DNA from: Nitrospirota bacterium
GTDB taxonomy: Bacteria > Nitrospirota > UBA9217
NCBI GenBank assembly: GCA_963749655.1
Contig: CAVVOB010000015.1
Coordinates: forward strand, 64,001-128,000
DNA: 64,000 bases
Direction: 5' to 3'
A model generated the notes under the pieces. The model was not told where the DNA came from. It searched no databases and saw nothing but the letters and a program-made list of their open reading frames with translations. The position numbers and the translations under genes were made by a program. This document shows, piece after piece, positions 21,063-30,975 of the stretch (positions within the stretch are counted from its first letter, which is position 1; every line of letters starts with the position of its first letter).

Positions 21063-21848
21063 CTAATAGACTTCTTTCAAATGACAAAGTTGACAATCAT
21101 AGAACGGGAACGCAACCTTTGCATGACAGGCGCCGCAATACTTTCCGGCGAAGATATCCTGCATGTTGTATTTCGTCGATCCCTTTTTTGCTCCGAAAAT
21201 TTCAGGATGACACAATTCGCAGCCGTTGATTTCGGCGTGGATCTTGTGAGAAAAGATGATGTCCGGCATACCCAGGATCGTTGACTTGATGTCAAAGTCC
21301 TTCGGATTGGGGATGGCCTGTCGCTTGATGGAAATCCCCTCGACCAGGTCCTTGAGCTTGATCTGCCCGGCGGCCTCGGCTTTCATCCAGTCAACCCTGT
21401 TTCCAAACCGAGCCTGAGGGTAGTTCTTTAAATATTCGTTGAAATCATATTTGAACTTTACGTCCTTGCCGTAGGAATGGCAGCGGTCGCAGTTCTGCGT
21501 CTCGGACACAACCTTGTCGCGCGAGGTAGGACCGAAGGCCTCTTTCCCGTTGTGGCAGGAGCCGCAGTAAAGATTGTTCTTGTTGTCAGCTTCCCTGATG
21601 TCGCTGCCGCCGGCCTCCATGGCGAAACCAAGGTCCACGTGGCAGACCCTGCAGGTATACTTCGATCGGTGGAGCCAATGTTTGAACACTACCGGAGCTA
21701 TATTGCTTTTCTCCGAATAGTTGTTTATGACTACGTTACCGAACTCCTCGGGTCGCGGCATTCTTTTCTTGGTGCCGAAGTTGGCTGCAACCGCAAGGGA
21801 TGCAAACACCAGCACAAACACGGCAATGATCAGAACTTTGAATTTCAT
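21063..21848 (-). CDS. Hexaheme cytochrome with two c7-type triheme domains
   Basis: Signal peptide, FKHWLHR..YTCRVCH, 6 CXXCH motifs. Paralog of 20249..21010. Confidence 0.88.
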   Translation of the reverse strand: MKFKVLIIAVFVLVFASLAVAANFGTKKRMPRPEEFGNVVINNYSEKSNIAPVVFKHWLHRSKYTCRVCHVDLGFAMEAGGSDIREADNKNNLYCGSCHNGKEAFGPTSRDKVVSETQNCDRCHSYGKDVKFKYDFNEYLKNYPQARFGNRVDWMKAEAAGQIKLKDLVEGISIKRQAIPNPKDFDIKSTILGMPDIIFSHKIHAEINGCELCHPEIFGAKKGSTKYNMQDIFAGKYCGACHAKVAFPFYDCQLCHLKEVY

Positions 21849-21936
21849 AATACCTTCTCCTTCCTCAGTTTATCATCTGCTGCAAGGCGTCCTTATTGAC
21901 GCGAACTCACTCGGACCATGATGGACCACCGGTGCT

Positions 21937-23390
21937 CTACCGGTGGCAGCTCAGGCACAAATCCGCCGGTTTCTCCGCTTTATAGCGGAAGAGATCCGAC
22001 CAGTCGGAGCTGTGCGGATTATGACAGCTGACGCAGGCCATCTTTCTCCCCGGCCGCCTCGGATCGTCCGCGCTGTCGAGAGGATGTCCGGCCTGTGATC
22101 CCTTTGCCTTGAGCCCCGGCAGCGTCGTTTTCGGGTGGGGATTGTTAAAGATGCCTTTGTGGCACTTCCTGCATGATTCATTTCCTTCGAACTTCGACAA
22201 ATTTTTGTACGGTGATGTGTGGTTGCCGTGGCAATCGTAGCACTTCCCGTCAGCGACAGGCTTATGCACGTTCTTGCCGGTGAATCCCTCGGTATTGTGG
22301 CAGGTGTAGCACAGGTCAGGCACTTTTCCGCTCAGGAGCTTGGGATTCTGGCTCTGATGCACGGTGTGGCATCCATTGCACATGCCGATCTTGAAGGGAC
22401 CGTGTTTTTCCTTGCCCCCCAGCTCCTCATTCATATGGCAATCAAAGCAGAGGGCCGGTGTCGATTTCGTCAGCAAATATTTCGACTTTGCAACATGAGC
22501 ATTGTGGCACGTCGTGCACCTCCCGCCCGCTACCGGCTTGTGTCCGTACTTCGCGCCTGTAAAGGATTTCTTATCATGGCACTTGTAGCACAGGTCCGGC
22601 TGCTTTGCCTGCAGAAGCTTCTCTGTTTTTGATTGATGCGAGGTATGACAGGACGAGGCAGTTGCCTTCCTCAACGGGAGCGTGCACGATCCCCCCGGTG
22701 TAGGCGCTCTTGTCGTGGCAGGAGTAGCAGAGGCCGGGTGAATCCGCTACAAGCAGATTTCTTGCGTTCTCGGAGTGCGGGTTATGGCAAGAATTGCATT
22801 TGCCGGAGATTACCGGTTGATGCTGCATCGCGCCTCTTGTCGGCAACGCTCGCCTTATCATGACACCGGAAACAAAGTTCAGGCATGCTGAAGGTCAGCA
22901 GTTTTTCGCTGTTGTCCGAACTGTGGGCCTCATGACAAAACATGCAGAGACCGGCGGCAGTGGGGAAATGAACGTTTTTCTTGGCAGCGATCTTCTTATC
23001 GTGGCACTTGTAGCACAGGTCCGGCATGGCCGTAGTCAGCAGCTTGACGTTGTTGGATGAATGCGGGTTGTGGCAGGATGTGCATTTGCTCGTGCCGATC
23101 GGCTTGTGCTGATACTGCTTTAAAAAAAGACCTCTGCTGTGGCAGTCATAACACAGATCAGGCTGATCGGCCTTAAGGCTCAAAGTGGCCTTGTCCTTGC
23201 TGGCATGAGGATTTTCGTGGCAGGCGCTGCACCCCTTCTTCATTGCTGCATGGAGCACCTTCCCCTTGCTCATTGCCTCATGACATTTATTGCAGTCCTG
23301 GTCCTGCGCCGCGGCCGAAGGACGCGCAAAAACGAGAAGAGATGCACAGAAGCATGCCATACAGAATGCGAGTAGGTTCTTACGTTTCAT
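21937..23390 (-). CDS. Large multiheme cytochrome (about 19 hemes; two frameshifts near 22830 and 22660)
   Basis: Three overlapping ORFs continue one paired-CXXCH repeat (7+2+10 motifs, one spanning a frameshift). Signal peptide present. Confidence 0.82.
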
Positions 23391-23453
23391 GTCCCTTTCC
23401 AGTCTTGCCCGAAGAAGCTCAGAATAGGATCGCTGCTCCAGCCACTGCGGAGT

Positions 23454-24751
23454 TTACTTGATCTGCCGTATAAATTGTTTGAGTTCGGAGTCATCGGGGG
23501 CGATCTTGAGAGCCCGTTCCCAGGTATCTTTCGCCCTGTCCTTCTTCCCGATTGCGTAATACCCCGATCCGAGCCTCTTCCAGGCAAGGATATTCTTCGG
23601 CTGCAGTTCAATGACGATGGTGCACTCCTGGATGGCCAGGTCGTAACGCCCGTCGTAAATATGATTCAATGCGGCGAAGAGGTATTGATCAACGATATTC
23701 ATGTCGCCCACCGGGGCTTCCATGGTCGTCAGGATGGAGACATACTTGAGCTCAAGGAATCCCTTGACCGCAATGGTCAGCGACGTCGGGTTCAGTTGAA
23801 ACGCATACCAGGCTGCGGCCATGGAGGCTTTGCGGTTGCCGTCGACGGCGATGTAGTGCGCCATCGCCGTTCTCATCATGTCGCCTGCCAGGTTCGCGTC
23901 GTCAATGCGAAGCGCCACTTTGGCGACATCTTCGAGCCGCGAGATCATGGTCTTGACGTCGATGTCGGTCGGGTTGTCGGCAAGGATCTTGCTGTAATAG
24001 TCGCGCGCGGTTATGTAGTCGCCCCGTTCATAGGCCTGTTTCGCATCGGCGTAGATGGTCTTCATTTTCTCACGAACTGCCGACGCTATGTACCGGGAAG
24101 CGGCTTCCTGCTTGTCGTCGATATCGAGGATCTTCTTCCATTCGGCAATCGCCAGATCGTACTGTTTGTCCTTCATGTAGGCGTCGGCCTGGTCGTAGTG
24201 TTTCTTGGTCCGGACATCGACGACATTGCTTTTTGCCTTGTTCAGGAGGCTCAGGGCTTTACGGTCGTAAGGTCTTACCGCGAGGATCTTCTCCAACTCG
24301 TTGACCGCGGACGATAGTCGTTTTCCTGGATGAACTTCTCGGCCTGCTCGTGCATCTCGTTGGTGGTCTTATCGGTAATGAGATTTTTCGTTGTGTCTAT
24401 CAGGGTCGCGAACCTGCGGTCGTCGGGGTTCATCTTCAGCAGCTTGTCCCACGTCTCGATCGCCTTGGCGTAATCCTCGTTCAGGAACGCGTCGGTCGCT
24501 TCCTTGCAGAACGGCTCCATCGACTGCTGTCTGGCCAGCGCCAGATAGCGGGATGCGGTCTTGTCGAAAGGATCGATGGAGAGGATCTCGTTCAACAGAG
24601 GCGCCGCCTGCTCGAATTTCCCCTCTCGGAGGAGAGCGACGACGTCCTTCTTGAGCTGATCGATCCGCTCGACCTGCTTCGGCGTTACGGCTTCAGCGCC
24701 GGCTGCAATGCAGAACAGAAGCAACAGAATAAGAGCAAAAGACTTTTTCAC
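23454..24751 (-). CDS. Secreted TPR-repeat protein (frameshift near 24310)
   Basis: Signal peptide AEA. TPR helices run across ORFs 24275..24751 and 23454..24296. Confidence 0.8.
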
Positions 24752-25417
24752 CCTTTGACTCCTCTGACCACGGTGATTTCGATGCGCCGGTTTTTTGCCC
24801 GTCCGGCGTCATCTTCGTTTGAAGAGGCGGGCCGATACTCGCCGAAACCGTGGGCTACCAGCCGCTCGGGGGGGATCCCCTTGTTGATGAAAAAATAAAT
24901 GACGCTGAAGGCCCGCGCCGACGACAGTTCCCAGTTCGACTGGTACTGCTGGGTGTGAATGGGAACATTGTCGGTGTGACCTTCTGCAATGATGCTGTTG
25001 CCCATGGGCTTCAGCTGACTCTCCAGATAGTCCAGGAAAAACAGGATGTCCTTCTTGAGGTCGGCGCTGCCGCTGTCGAAAAGGGCGAAGGCTCTCCATG
25101 TTGATCTCGATGTTGTGCGGGGTCATCTTGATGCGGATTTTGTCTTCCAATCCGTTTTTCTTGATGAAGTCCCGTACATTCTGGGCCAGCGCGATCTCCA
25201 GTTTCATCTGCTTGACCCGCGGATCGTTCGGGTTGGTCGATGCAAGATCGGAAAGCGCTGTTTCATATTCCACGGAATTGACCGAGGAAAAGGCGTAGAA
25301 CATGATGAAGAGAATGACGAGGGTGAGCATCAGGGTGCTGTAGGGCAGCATCCAGAGCTCGGTCTCCTCCATCTGTTCTTCGGTATAATGTACGAATTTC
25401 TGAAGAACCGATATCAC
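24748..25417 (-). CDS. MotB-like stator B subunit lacking the conserved Asp (frameshift near 25090)
   Basis: WMLPYSTLMLTL TM helix. OmpA-like EGHTDN, SNWELSSARA, GRAKNRRIEI. Confidence 0.82.
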
Positions 25418-26084
25418 AGCGTGCTCCTGGGCTGACGCACGATCGTCAGCTCGATTCGCCTGTTCCGTGCGCGATGTTCTTCCGAATCATTCGGAAACGC
25501 CGGATGGAATTCGCCGTAGCCCGCGGCAACAAGCTGTTTCGGATCCATTCCTGATGAGGTGAAAAAGTTGACGACGCCGACTGCCCTGGCAATGGATAAT
25601 TCCCAGTTGGACCGGTAGGCTCCCCCGCGCACGGGTGTCGGGTCAGTATGGCCTTCGATGATAATGTCGTTCGGAAAGGGCTCGAACATACCCTACCAGA
25701 CTCTCCAGGACGTTGACTGTTCCGGGGTTCAGCTTGGCGCTGCCTATGGAAAAGAACGATTCGGGATTCAAAGCTATCTTAACGGACTTCTCGCCGACCT
25801 CTATGGTCGCTTTGCCGGCCAGCTTGCCCTCGGTCACCGCCTGCTGGAGCATGCGGATGGCTTCTTCTTCCCGCTGCAGCTTTGCCTGACGCTCGAGTTC
25901 CACCTGGTCGCGCGCCGATCTGTTGATGACCGTACTTTCCATGCCCGAAACGACCATCTGCTTATCTGCTGCGGTCATGCGGGTCATGGCAAAGAGCATG
26001 AGGAAAGAAAAGCATGAGGTTCGTGGTAATATCGGAGAAGATAATGAGCCAGATATTCCCTATTTCTTTTCGTTTTTCCGTCAT
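25414..26084 (-). CDS. motB: MotB-like stator B subunit with conserved Asp (frameshifts near 26005 and 25690)
   Basis: ATG at 26084 reads MTEKRKEIGNIWLIIFSDITTNLMLFF. The C-terminus has EGHTD, SNWELSIARA, RARNRRIEL. Confidence 0.8.
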
Positions 26085-26124
26085 GTCGTCGTCAGCCTTA
26101 CAGTTCTTCCTCGGGTCTCAACGG

Positions 26125-26896
26125 TTATTTCTGCCGCATATGAGCCATGATGAATGCAGTCAGTTTCTTCCGCAGAATGAGCGGCACATCGCCCTGCTGG
26201 ATCGACATGATGCCTTCAGCGATCATCTCTTTGTTGATGATGTCGCGTTCGCTGTGGTCCGTGAGCTTCGTGGCGATCGGGATGAAGACATTCGCGGAAA
26301 AGATCCCGTAAAAGGTCGCCGTGACGGCGTTCGACATGGCGGCGCCCATGCTCGAGGGATTGGACAGGTTGCGCAGCATGTCCACGATGCCCATGAGTGT
26401 GCCGAGCAGTCCGAAAATGGGGGCGACCGTGGCCATCGTCCTGAATGCTCCGGAGACCTTCTGCTGGTTATGACGCGTGTAGAATATCTCCCGGCCGAGG
26501 TTGTCCTTGATCACGTCATGATCGAGGCCGTCCACGAGCATCTGCACTCCATGAATGAGAAATTTGTCGGTCTGGTTGGGCAGTTCCGACGGAAGACTCT
26601 CGATGCCCTCCCGCCGTGCCTTTCTCGGCAAGAGTGGAAAGATGATCGATCATGTTTTCCATGTCCTTGTCGCTGTGCTTGCTCGGGAACAGGAGGATGC
26701 GAAGCGACGGGACGATTTCCTTGATCACCGGCCAGGGATAGGCGATCAGGGTCGCGCTGAACGTACCCCCGTAAACGATGATCAGGGCCAGGGGATTGAA
26801 AAGCATATGCAGGATGTTGCCTGCAGCGAGAACATACAGGATCGTCAGCAGTATCGCGACGAGCCCGATTACGGTCATTTTATCGATTTTTTCCAT
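26125..26896 (-). CDS. motA: MotA/PomA-type stator A subunit (frameshift near 26625)
   Basis: PLALIIVYGGT, ARREG, APIFGLLGTLMG, ATFYG, EGIMSIQQG. Confidence 0.88.
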
Positions 26897-26898
26897 GG

Positions 26899-28330
26899 TT
26901 AGCTGTTTTCAACCTCCACGAGTCCTTCGCTGATCAGCCGCCTTACCAGAACCATCACATTCTGCTTCTCCCGGCGCAGCCGCGTCGCTGAGAGAGGACG
27001 ACTGAGGTCCATTTCTTCCTTGAGCCGTTCCGATGCTCCGGCGCTCAGGGAGGTAATGACTTTCTGCTGGATCTCGACAGGAAGGGATTTCAAAACCTGG
27101 GCAAAGAGCGTGGCGTCGATGTTCCGGTACAGCGTCTGAACGCCCTGCACGGGCAGATCCCGGATGATGTTCTCCAGGCTCTTCACTTTCTGTTTCAGGC
27201 GCGTCGCGGTCTGGGCGTCTTTCGTCTCGAGTGTTTTTACGATCTTGTCGCGGACGTCGTCGCTCGTCATATCGAGCAGCGTGACCAGCTTTGCTCTCGC
27301 CTCCTACGACGTACGCCAGCTTGCTTTTGACCATCTCTTCGAGGGCCGCGACCTTTTCCGTGTTGATTTCTTCCTTGCCGAGCGCGAGTGCAACTTCGAC
27401 CTGCCGCTCCTTCGGGAAAAGTTCAAGGAGCCTCATGGCGATCGCGGGGTCGAGATAATTCGCCACAACTGCTATATCCTGGGGGGTCTTGTCCTTCATC
27501 AGGAACGCCAGACTCTGGATGTCACGCTCCCGGATGAAGGAAAACGGAAGAGACTGGTCGGCAGCCGGCGCACCTGCTCCGGAGCGGTCCGCTTTGCCGG
27601 AAAGGACCTCCCGCTCGTAGCTGGACGTACGTTCGACCGTATTGACATTAACGGAAGTCGAAGATGCCCCCCCGCGAATGTGATTCCAGTCGATGTCCTT
27701 GAGCGCCGGGGCGATTTTTTTCAACGGGTCCATGAAGAACATCCCGACGGCGACGAGCATGAAGCCGCCGATGATCGTCAGGAGAAGCCAGAAGAGGTTC
27801 GGCGGGAAAAACAGGGATGACCAGTAAAAACCCTTGGATTCGAAGTCTACCTTCTTTATGTTGATCTGGTCGCCGCGATTCTGGTTGTAGCCGATGACGT
27901 TCTTTGCGATGTCCTCGATAAGAGTCGCGATCGACCCCGGAACGCTTTTGTCGATCCATATCGACAGGACGATCTTGTTGACCTTGTACTTGCTGCTCCC
28001 GGCGCCGAACAGCATTTCCGATTGCCCCGCGCCGAATTCCTTCTTTTCCGGAACTCCGGGAAGTACGAGGGCGTTCGTTTTTTTCTTTTCAAGAAGCTTA
28101 TCGCTGTCCCCCCGTGCCGACGCCAGCTCGGCATTCACGAAAATGACGACCCGGTCGGTGCCGGTGATTTCCATGATAACCTGCTTCAGCTTTCTTTCGA
28201 GCTGGTTCTCAAGGGAAATCTTGAGTGCATAGTCATCGTTGACCTCGGCGTGGGCCCGATGAACGGTTGCAGCAAATGTCAATGACAGCAGCAGAAGGCA
28301 GAGCACGAAGCGATTCAGTTTATGAACCAT
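26899..28330 (-). CDS. FliF ring-building (RBM3) domain - TM - FliG middle/C-terminal fusion protein (frameshift near 27291)
   Basis: Signal peptide. The FliF C-like part has LENQLERKL..G...VFVNAEL, LPGVP, KIVLSIWID, IGYNQNRGDQINI. After one TM come the FliG-like KTPQDIAVVANYLDP, VGG linker and LSAGASERLKEEM...VRRLISEG. Confidence 0.8.
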
Positions 28331-28445
28331 TTTTCCCGATCCCCTATGTCTATAAGTTTTGGATTAAATTGATGCGGCCTTTGCAGCAACGAAAAGAATC
28401 ATGCCGTTCTGTTCAGGCACATTTTTTTCATAACCTGCTAATGAA

Positions 28446-28461
28446 TGCAAATAGCATACCC
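28446..28461 (-). promoter_or_regulatory. Sigma54 -24/-12 promoter of the motor operon
   Basis: Minus strand GGGTATGCTATTTGCA (GG-N10-GC), with an IHF-like AATCGGTTTATTA at 28486-28498. Confidence 0.65.
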
Positions 28462-28534
28462 TTCACAAGGGGGAAAATTCACAGTTAATAAACCGATTTT
28501 ATTGGTAATTATGGAATGTACTACTACGACTCAA

Positions 28535-28572
28535 TGAGCGTATATGCTCAAACATTGTTGATTAGCGCTCTA
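28535..28572. promoter_or_regulatory. Putative enhancer (bEBP upstream activating site), second copy
   Basis: tgagcgtatatgctca...cgctcta, matching 20036-20072. Confidence 0.6.
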
Positions 28573-28753
28573 TCACTGCCGTCATATGTTCGATAGCGCG
28601 ACACAATAACATATTGATTCAACATTTGTAAAGTGGAATCTTGTCTTTTAATTGAATTGCGTGTATGATACCCCCCGCAGATTTTTACGGGACCATTCAC
28701 CAAAAAAAATTCCCAAAATATTGGGTGCTGAGACCCGAAAAAAGGACGGTACT

Positions 28754-30397
28754 ATGCGTAACGTAGCGGTTGGAATATTGGTTTGTTTCATGATGGTAAA
28801 CATTGTCGGTACAGAAGCGTCGGCCGCCAAAAAAGACTCCAAAAAAACGACAAAACAAACGACCGCAACGCCTGCACAAACCGGGCAGGAGGCGGCCGCA
28901 AAGCCGGAAAAGTCGGAACCGATCAATGCACGGTACACCGACAAAAGCGACGGCACGATCCTGGACAAGAATACCGGGCTTGTCTGGTTGAAAGACGCAA
29001 ATACCGGAAGTCTCCCTTTGCCGTACGAGGGGGCAAAACAGTACCTCCAGGAAATGAACAGCGGCAGGAAGCCCAATTTCGGCTTTACCGACTGGCGCCT
29101 GCCTACCATCAATGAAATTGAGACCCTCGTCGAAAAAACCAGGTTCTATCCGGCGCTTCCTGCGGGCCATCCCTTTACGAACGTGCAGAATAATTATTAC
29201 TGGTCTTCTTCAACGGGCAGAGATGTCATTGACTATGTATGGATCGTCGACATCGCCTCGGGCGAAATGACCATGGACTATGTGTCGGCATGCAGCTACA
29301 AATTCCTCTGGCCGGTGAGAAGCGGCTGGATGCCGACTACTGCGAAAGCCAGCACGGTCATGACCGGAGGTTTGAACGAATTCGGACAGCTCGGCGACGG
29401 TTCAACGGGAGACCGGGACGCCCTTCTGCCCGTCAGCGGGCTTGACAATGTCGTCCGGGTCTCCGCAGGACTTGAACATGCCGTAGCGCTCAAATCCGAC
29501 GGCTCGGTGTGGGCGTGGGGAAGAAACAACGGCGGCCAGCTCGGAAACGGCTCCAGTGAAGACAGCCGCGTTCCTGTCGCAGTCAAGGACCTCTGGAAGA
29601 TCACCGATGTGGCGGCCGGCATGTTCCATACGGTCGCACTCGCTTCAGACGGCGCCGTCTGGACCTGGGGAAGGAACTCCTACGGCCAGCTCGGAAACGG
29701 CTCGAACACCGACTCCAACACTCCCGTAAAGGTTAAGGGCCTGTCGGGCGTCGTCAAAATCTCTGCAGGGATGTATCATACCGTCGCGGTCAAATCGGAT
29801 GGAACCGTCTGGACCTGGGGGAGAAATGTCTACGGTCAGCTCGGGAACGGCTCGAATAAGGACGAAAACAGCCCGGTGCAGGCTTCCGGACTTTCCGGCG
29901 TGATCAACGCAGCAGCCGGTCTGCATCATACCATTGCCCTGAAATCGGATAAAACCGTCTGGGCATGGGGCTGGAACATCAACGGGATGCTGGGGGACGG
30001 GACAAGCACTGACCAGATGAAGCCGGTGAAGGTGCTGGGACTTTCCGACATCACAGACATCGAGGCCGGGCTCCATCATTCTATCGCACTCAAGACGGAC
30101 GGGACGGTCTGGGCATGGGGCGGCAACGAATACAGCCAGCTCGGGAACAAAACGGCGAATGGGGCCACTGCCGTGAAAATCGAGGGGTTGGGGAACATCA
30201 AGAAAGTTTCCGCAGGGACCTACCATTCCATTGCGGTGATGTCCGATGGGACGATCTGGGTGTGGGGCAAGGACCTGAAAACACAGCCCGCGAAGCCCTA
30301 TCCCGTGAGGATCTGGGATGTGGCCGGGATCAACGATGTGGCCGCAGGAAGGTTTTATACGGTCGTGCTGAGCGGGGGCAAAACAACGGCGCCATGA
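28754..30397 (+). CDS. Secreted DUF1566 (Lcl-type) plus RCC1-repeat beta-propeller protein
   Basis: Signal peptide. DGTILDKNTGLVW...DWRLPTINE..YWSSS, then about 7 repeats of ALKSDGTVWAWGxNxxGQLG. Confidence 0.82.
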   Translation: MRNVAVGILVCFMMVNIVGTEASAAKKDSKKTTKQTTATPAQTGQEAAAKPEKSEPINARYTDKSDGTILDKNTGLVWLKDANTGSLPLPYEGAKQYLQEMNSGRKPNFGFTDWRLPTINEIETLVEKTRFYPALPAGHPFTNVQNNYYWSSSTGRDVIDYVWIVDIASGEMTMDYVSACSYKFLWPVRSGWMPTTAKASTVMTGGLNEFGQLGDGSTGDRDALLPVSGLDNVVRVSAGLEHAVALKSDGSVWAWGRNNGGQLGNGSSEDSRVPVAVKDLWKITDVAAGMFHTVALASDGAVWTWGRNSYGQLGNGSNTDSNTPVKVKGLSGVVKISAGMYHTVAVKSDGTVWTWGRNVYGQLGNGSNKDENSPVQASGLSGVINAAAGLHHTIALKSDKTVWAWGWNINGMLGDGTSTDQMKPVKVLGLSDITDIEAGLHHSIALKTDGTVWAWGGNEYSQLGNKTANGATAVKIEGLGNIKKVSAGTYHSIAVMSDGTIWVWGKDLKTQPAKPYPVRIWDVAGINDVAAGRFYTVVLSGGKTTAP

Positions 30398-30418
30398 ACG
30401 GAGGTTACTGCTGCCTCT

Positions 30419-30736
30419 CTACTTGTTTTTGTTCGTTTCGATCATGAATTCGTACATGGCGCGGCAGTTCTTTAACCGCCGCAGATAAACTTTCTTTGCC
30501 GGATCGTTCGATGCCTGGATCTCCGGCGCGAGTTTGTCCGCCCGTTCAACAAGGGCCGACAGCTCCTTTGCGCTGAGAGAGCCCGAAGCATCCACCTTGG
30601 AGCAGATTTCTTCGAACGCCGCCTGCCATGCTTCTGCGGCGATGGCAGGACTGCCGGAGACGAGCGTGAACATGCCGGCCAGAATGAGGAGCGTGATGCC
30701 TTCTTTTATGGGTGAGAGGAGTCGATGATTTTTCAT
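30419..30736 (-). CDS. Small secreted helical protein
   Basis: Signal peptide, W..FEEICSK...LKNCRAMYEF with a Cys pair. Confidence 0.65.
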   Translation of the reverse strand: MKNHRLLSPIKEGITLLILAGMFTLVSGSPAIAAEAWQAAFEEICSKVDASGSLSAKELSALVERADKLAPEIQASNDPAKKVYLRRLKNCRAMYEFMIETNKNK

Positions 30737-30975
30737 ACGTCTATTTAATCGGAAAATAATTATTCTGTCAAGAATAATATTTTTCTTTTTCCTCCTGAGC
30801 TTTCTTGGCCGGTATACTTCTCCGGCCGAAATTATGTGCCGGTTCGCGCCGTATCGGGCACACGGAATTTCACCACTGCGGCCTTCCGCCTCCTGAAACG
30901 CAAAAAGTGCACAGCCCTCACCTGACGTCTGTTTTCATCGCCCCGCCTTTCCGCGGTCCGACCTTCTTTGCAGGA

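Noticed and set aside
23454-28330. Zorya anti-phage system (MotA/MotB-like ZorAB)
   Set aside because: MotA is a short flagellar type without the long ZorA tail, no ZorC/D/E is present, and a FliG-like partner is present.
24748-28330. Ordinary flagellar operon fragment
   Set aside because: FliF is truncated and fused to FliG, there are two dissimilar MotBs, and no other flagellar or chemotaxis genes flank the locus.
28754-29330. DUF1566 domain as a diversity-generating retroelement target
   Set aside because: No reverse transcriptase and no adenine-variant template repeat were seen in the window.
30826-30842. Third sigma54 promoter (aaattatgtgcc, shared with 19941-19952)
   Set aside because: The -12 element reads CG instead of GC, and no matching enhancer palindrome was seen.
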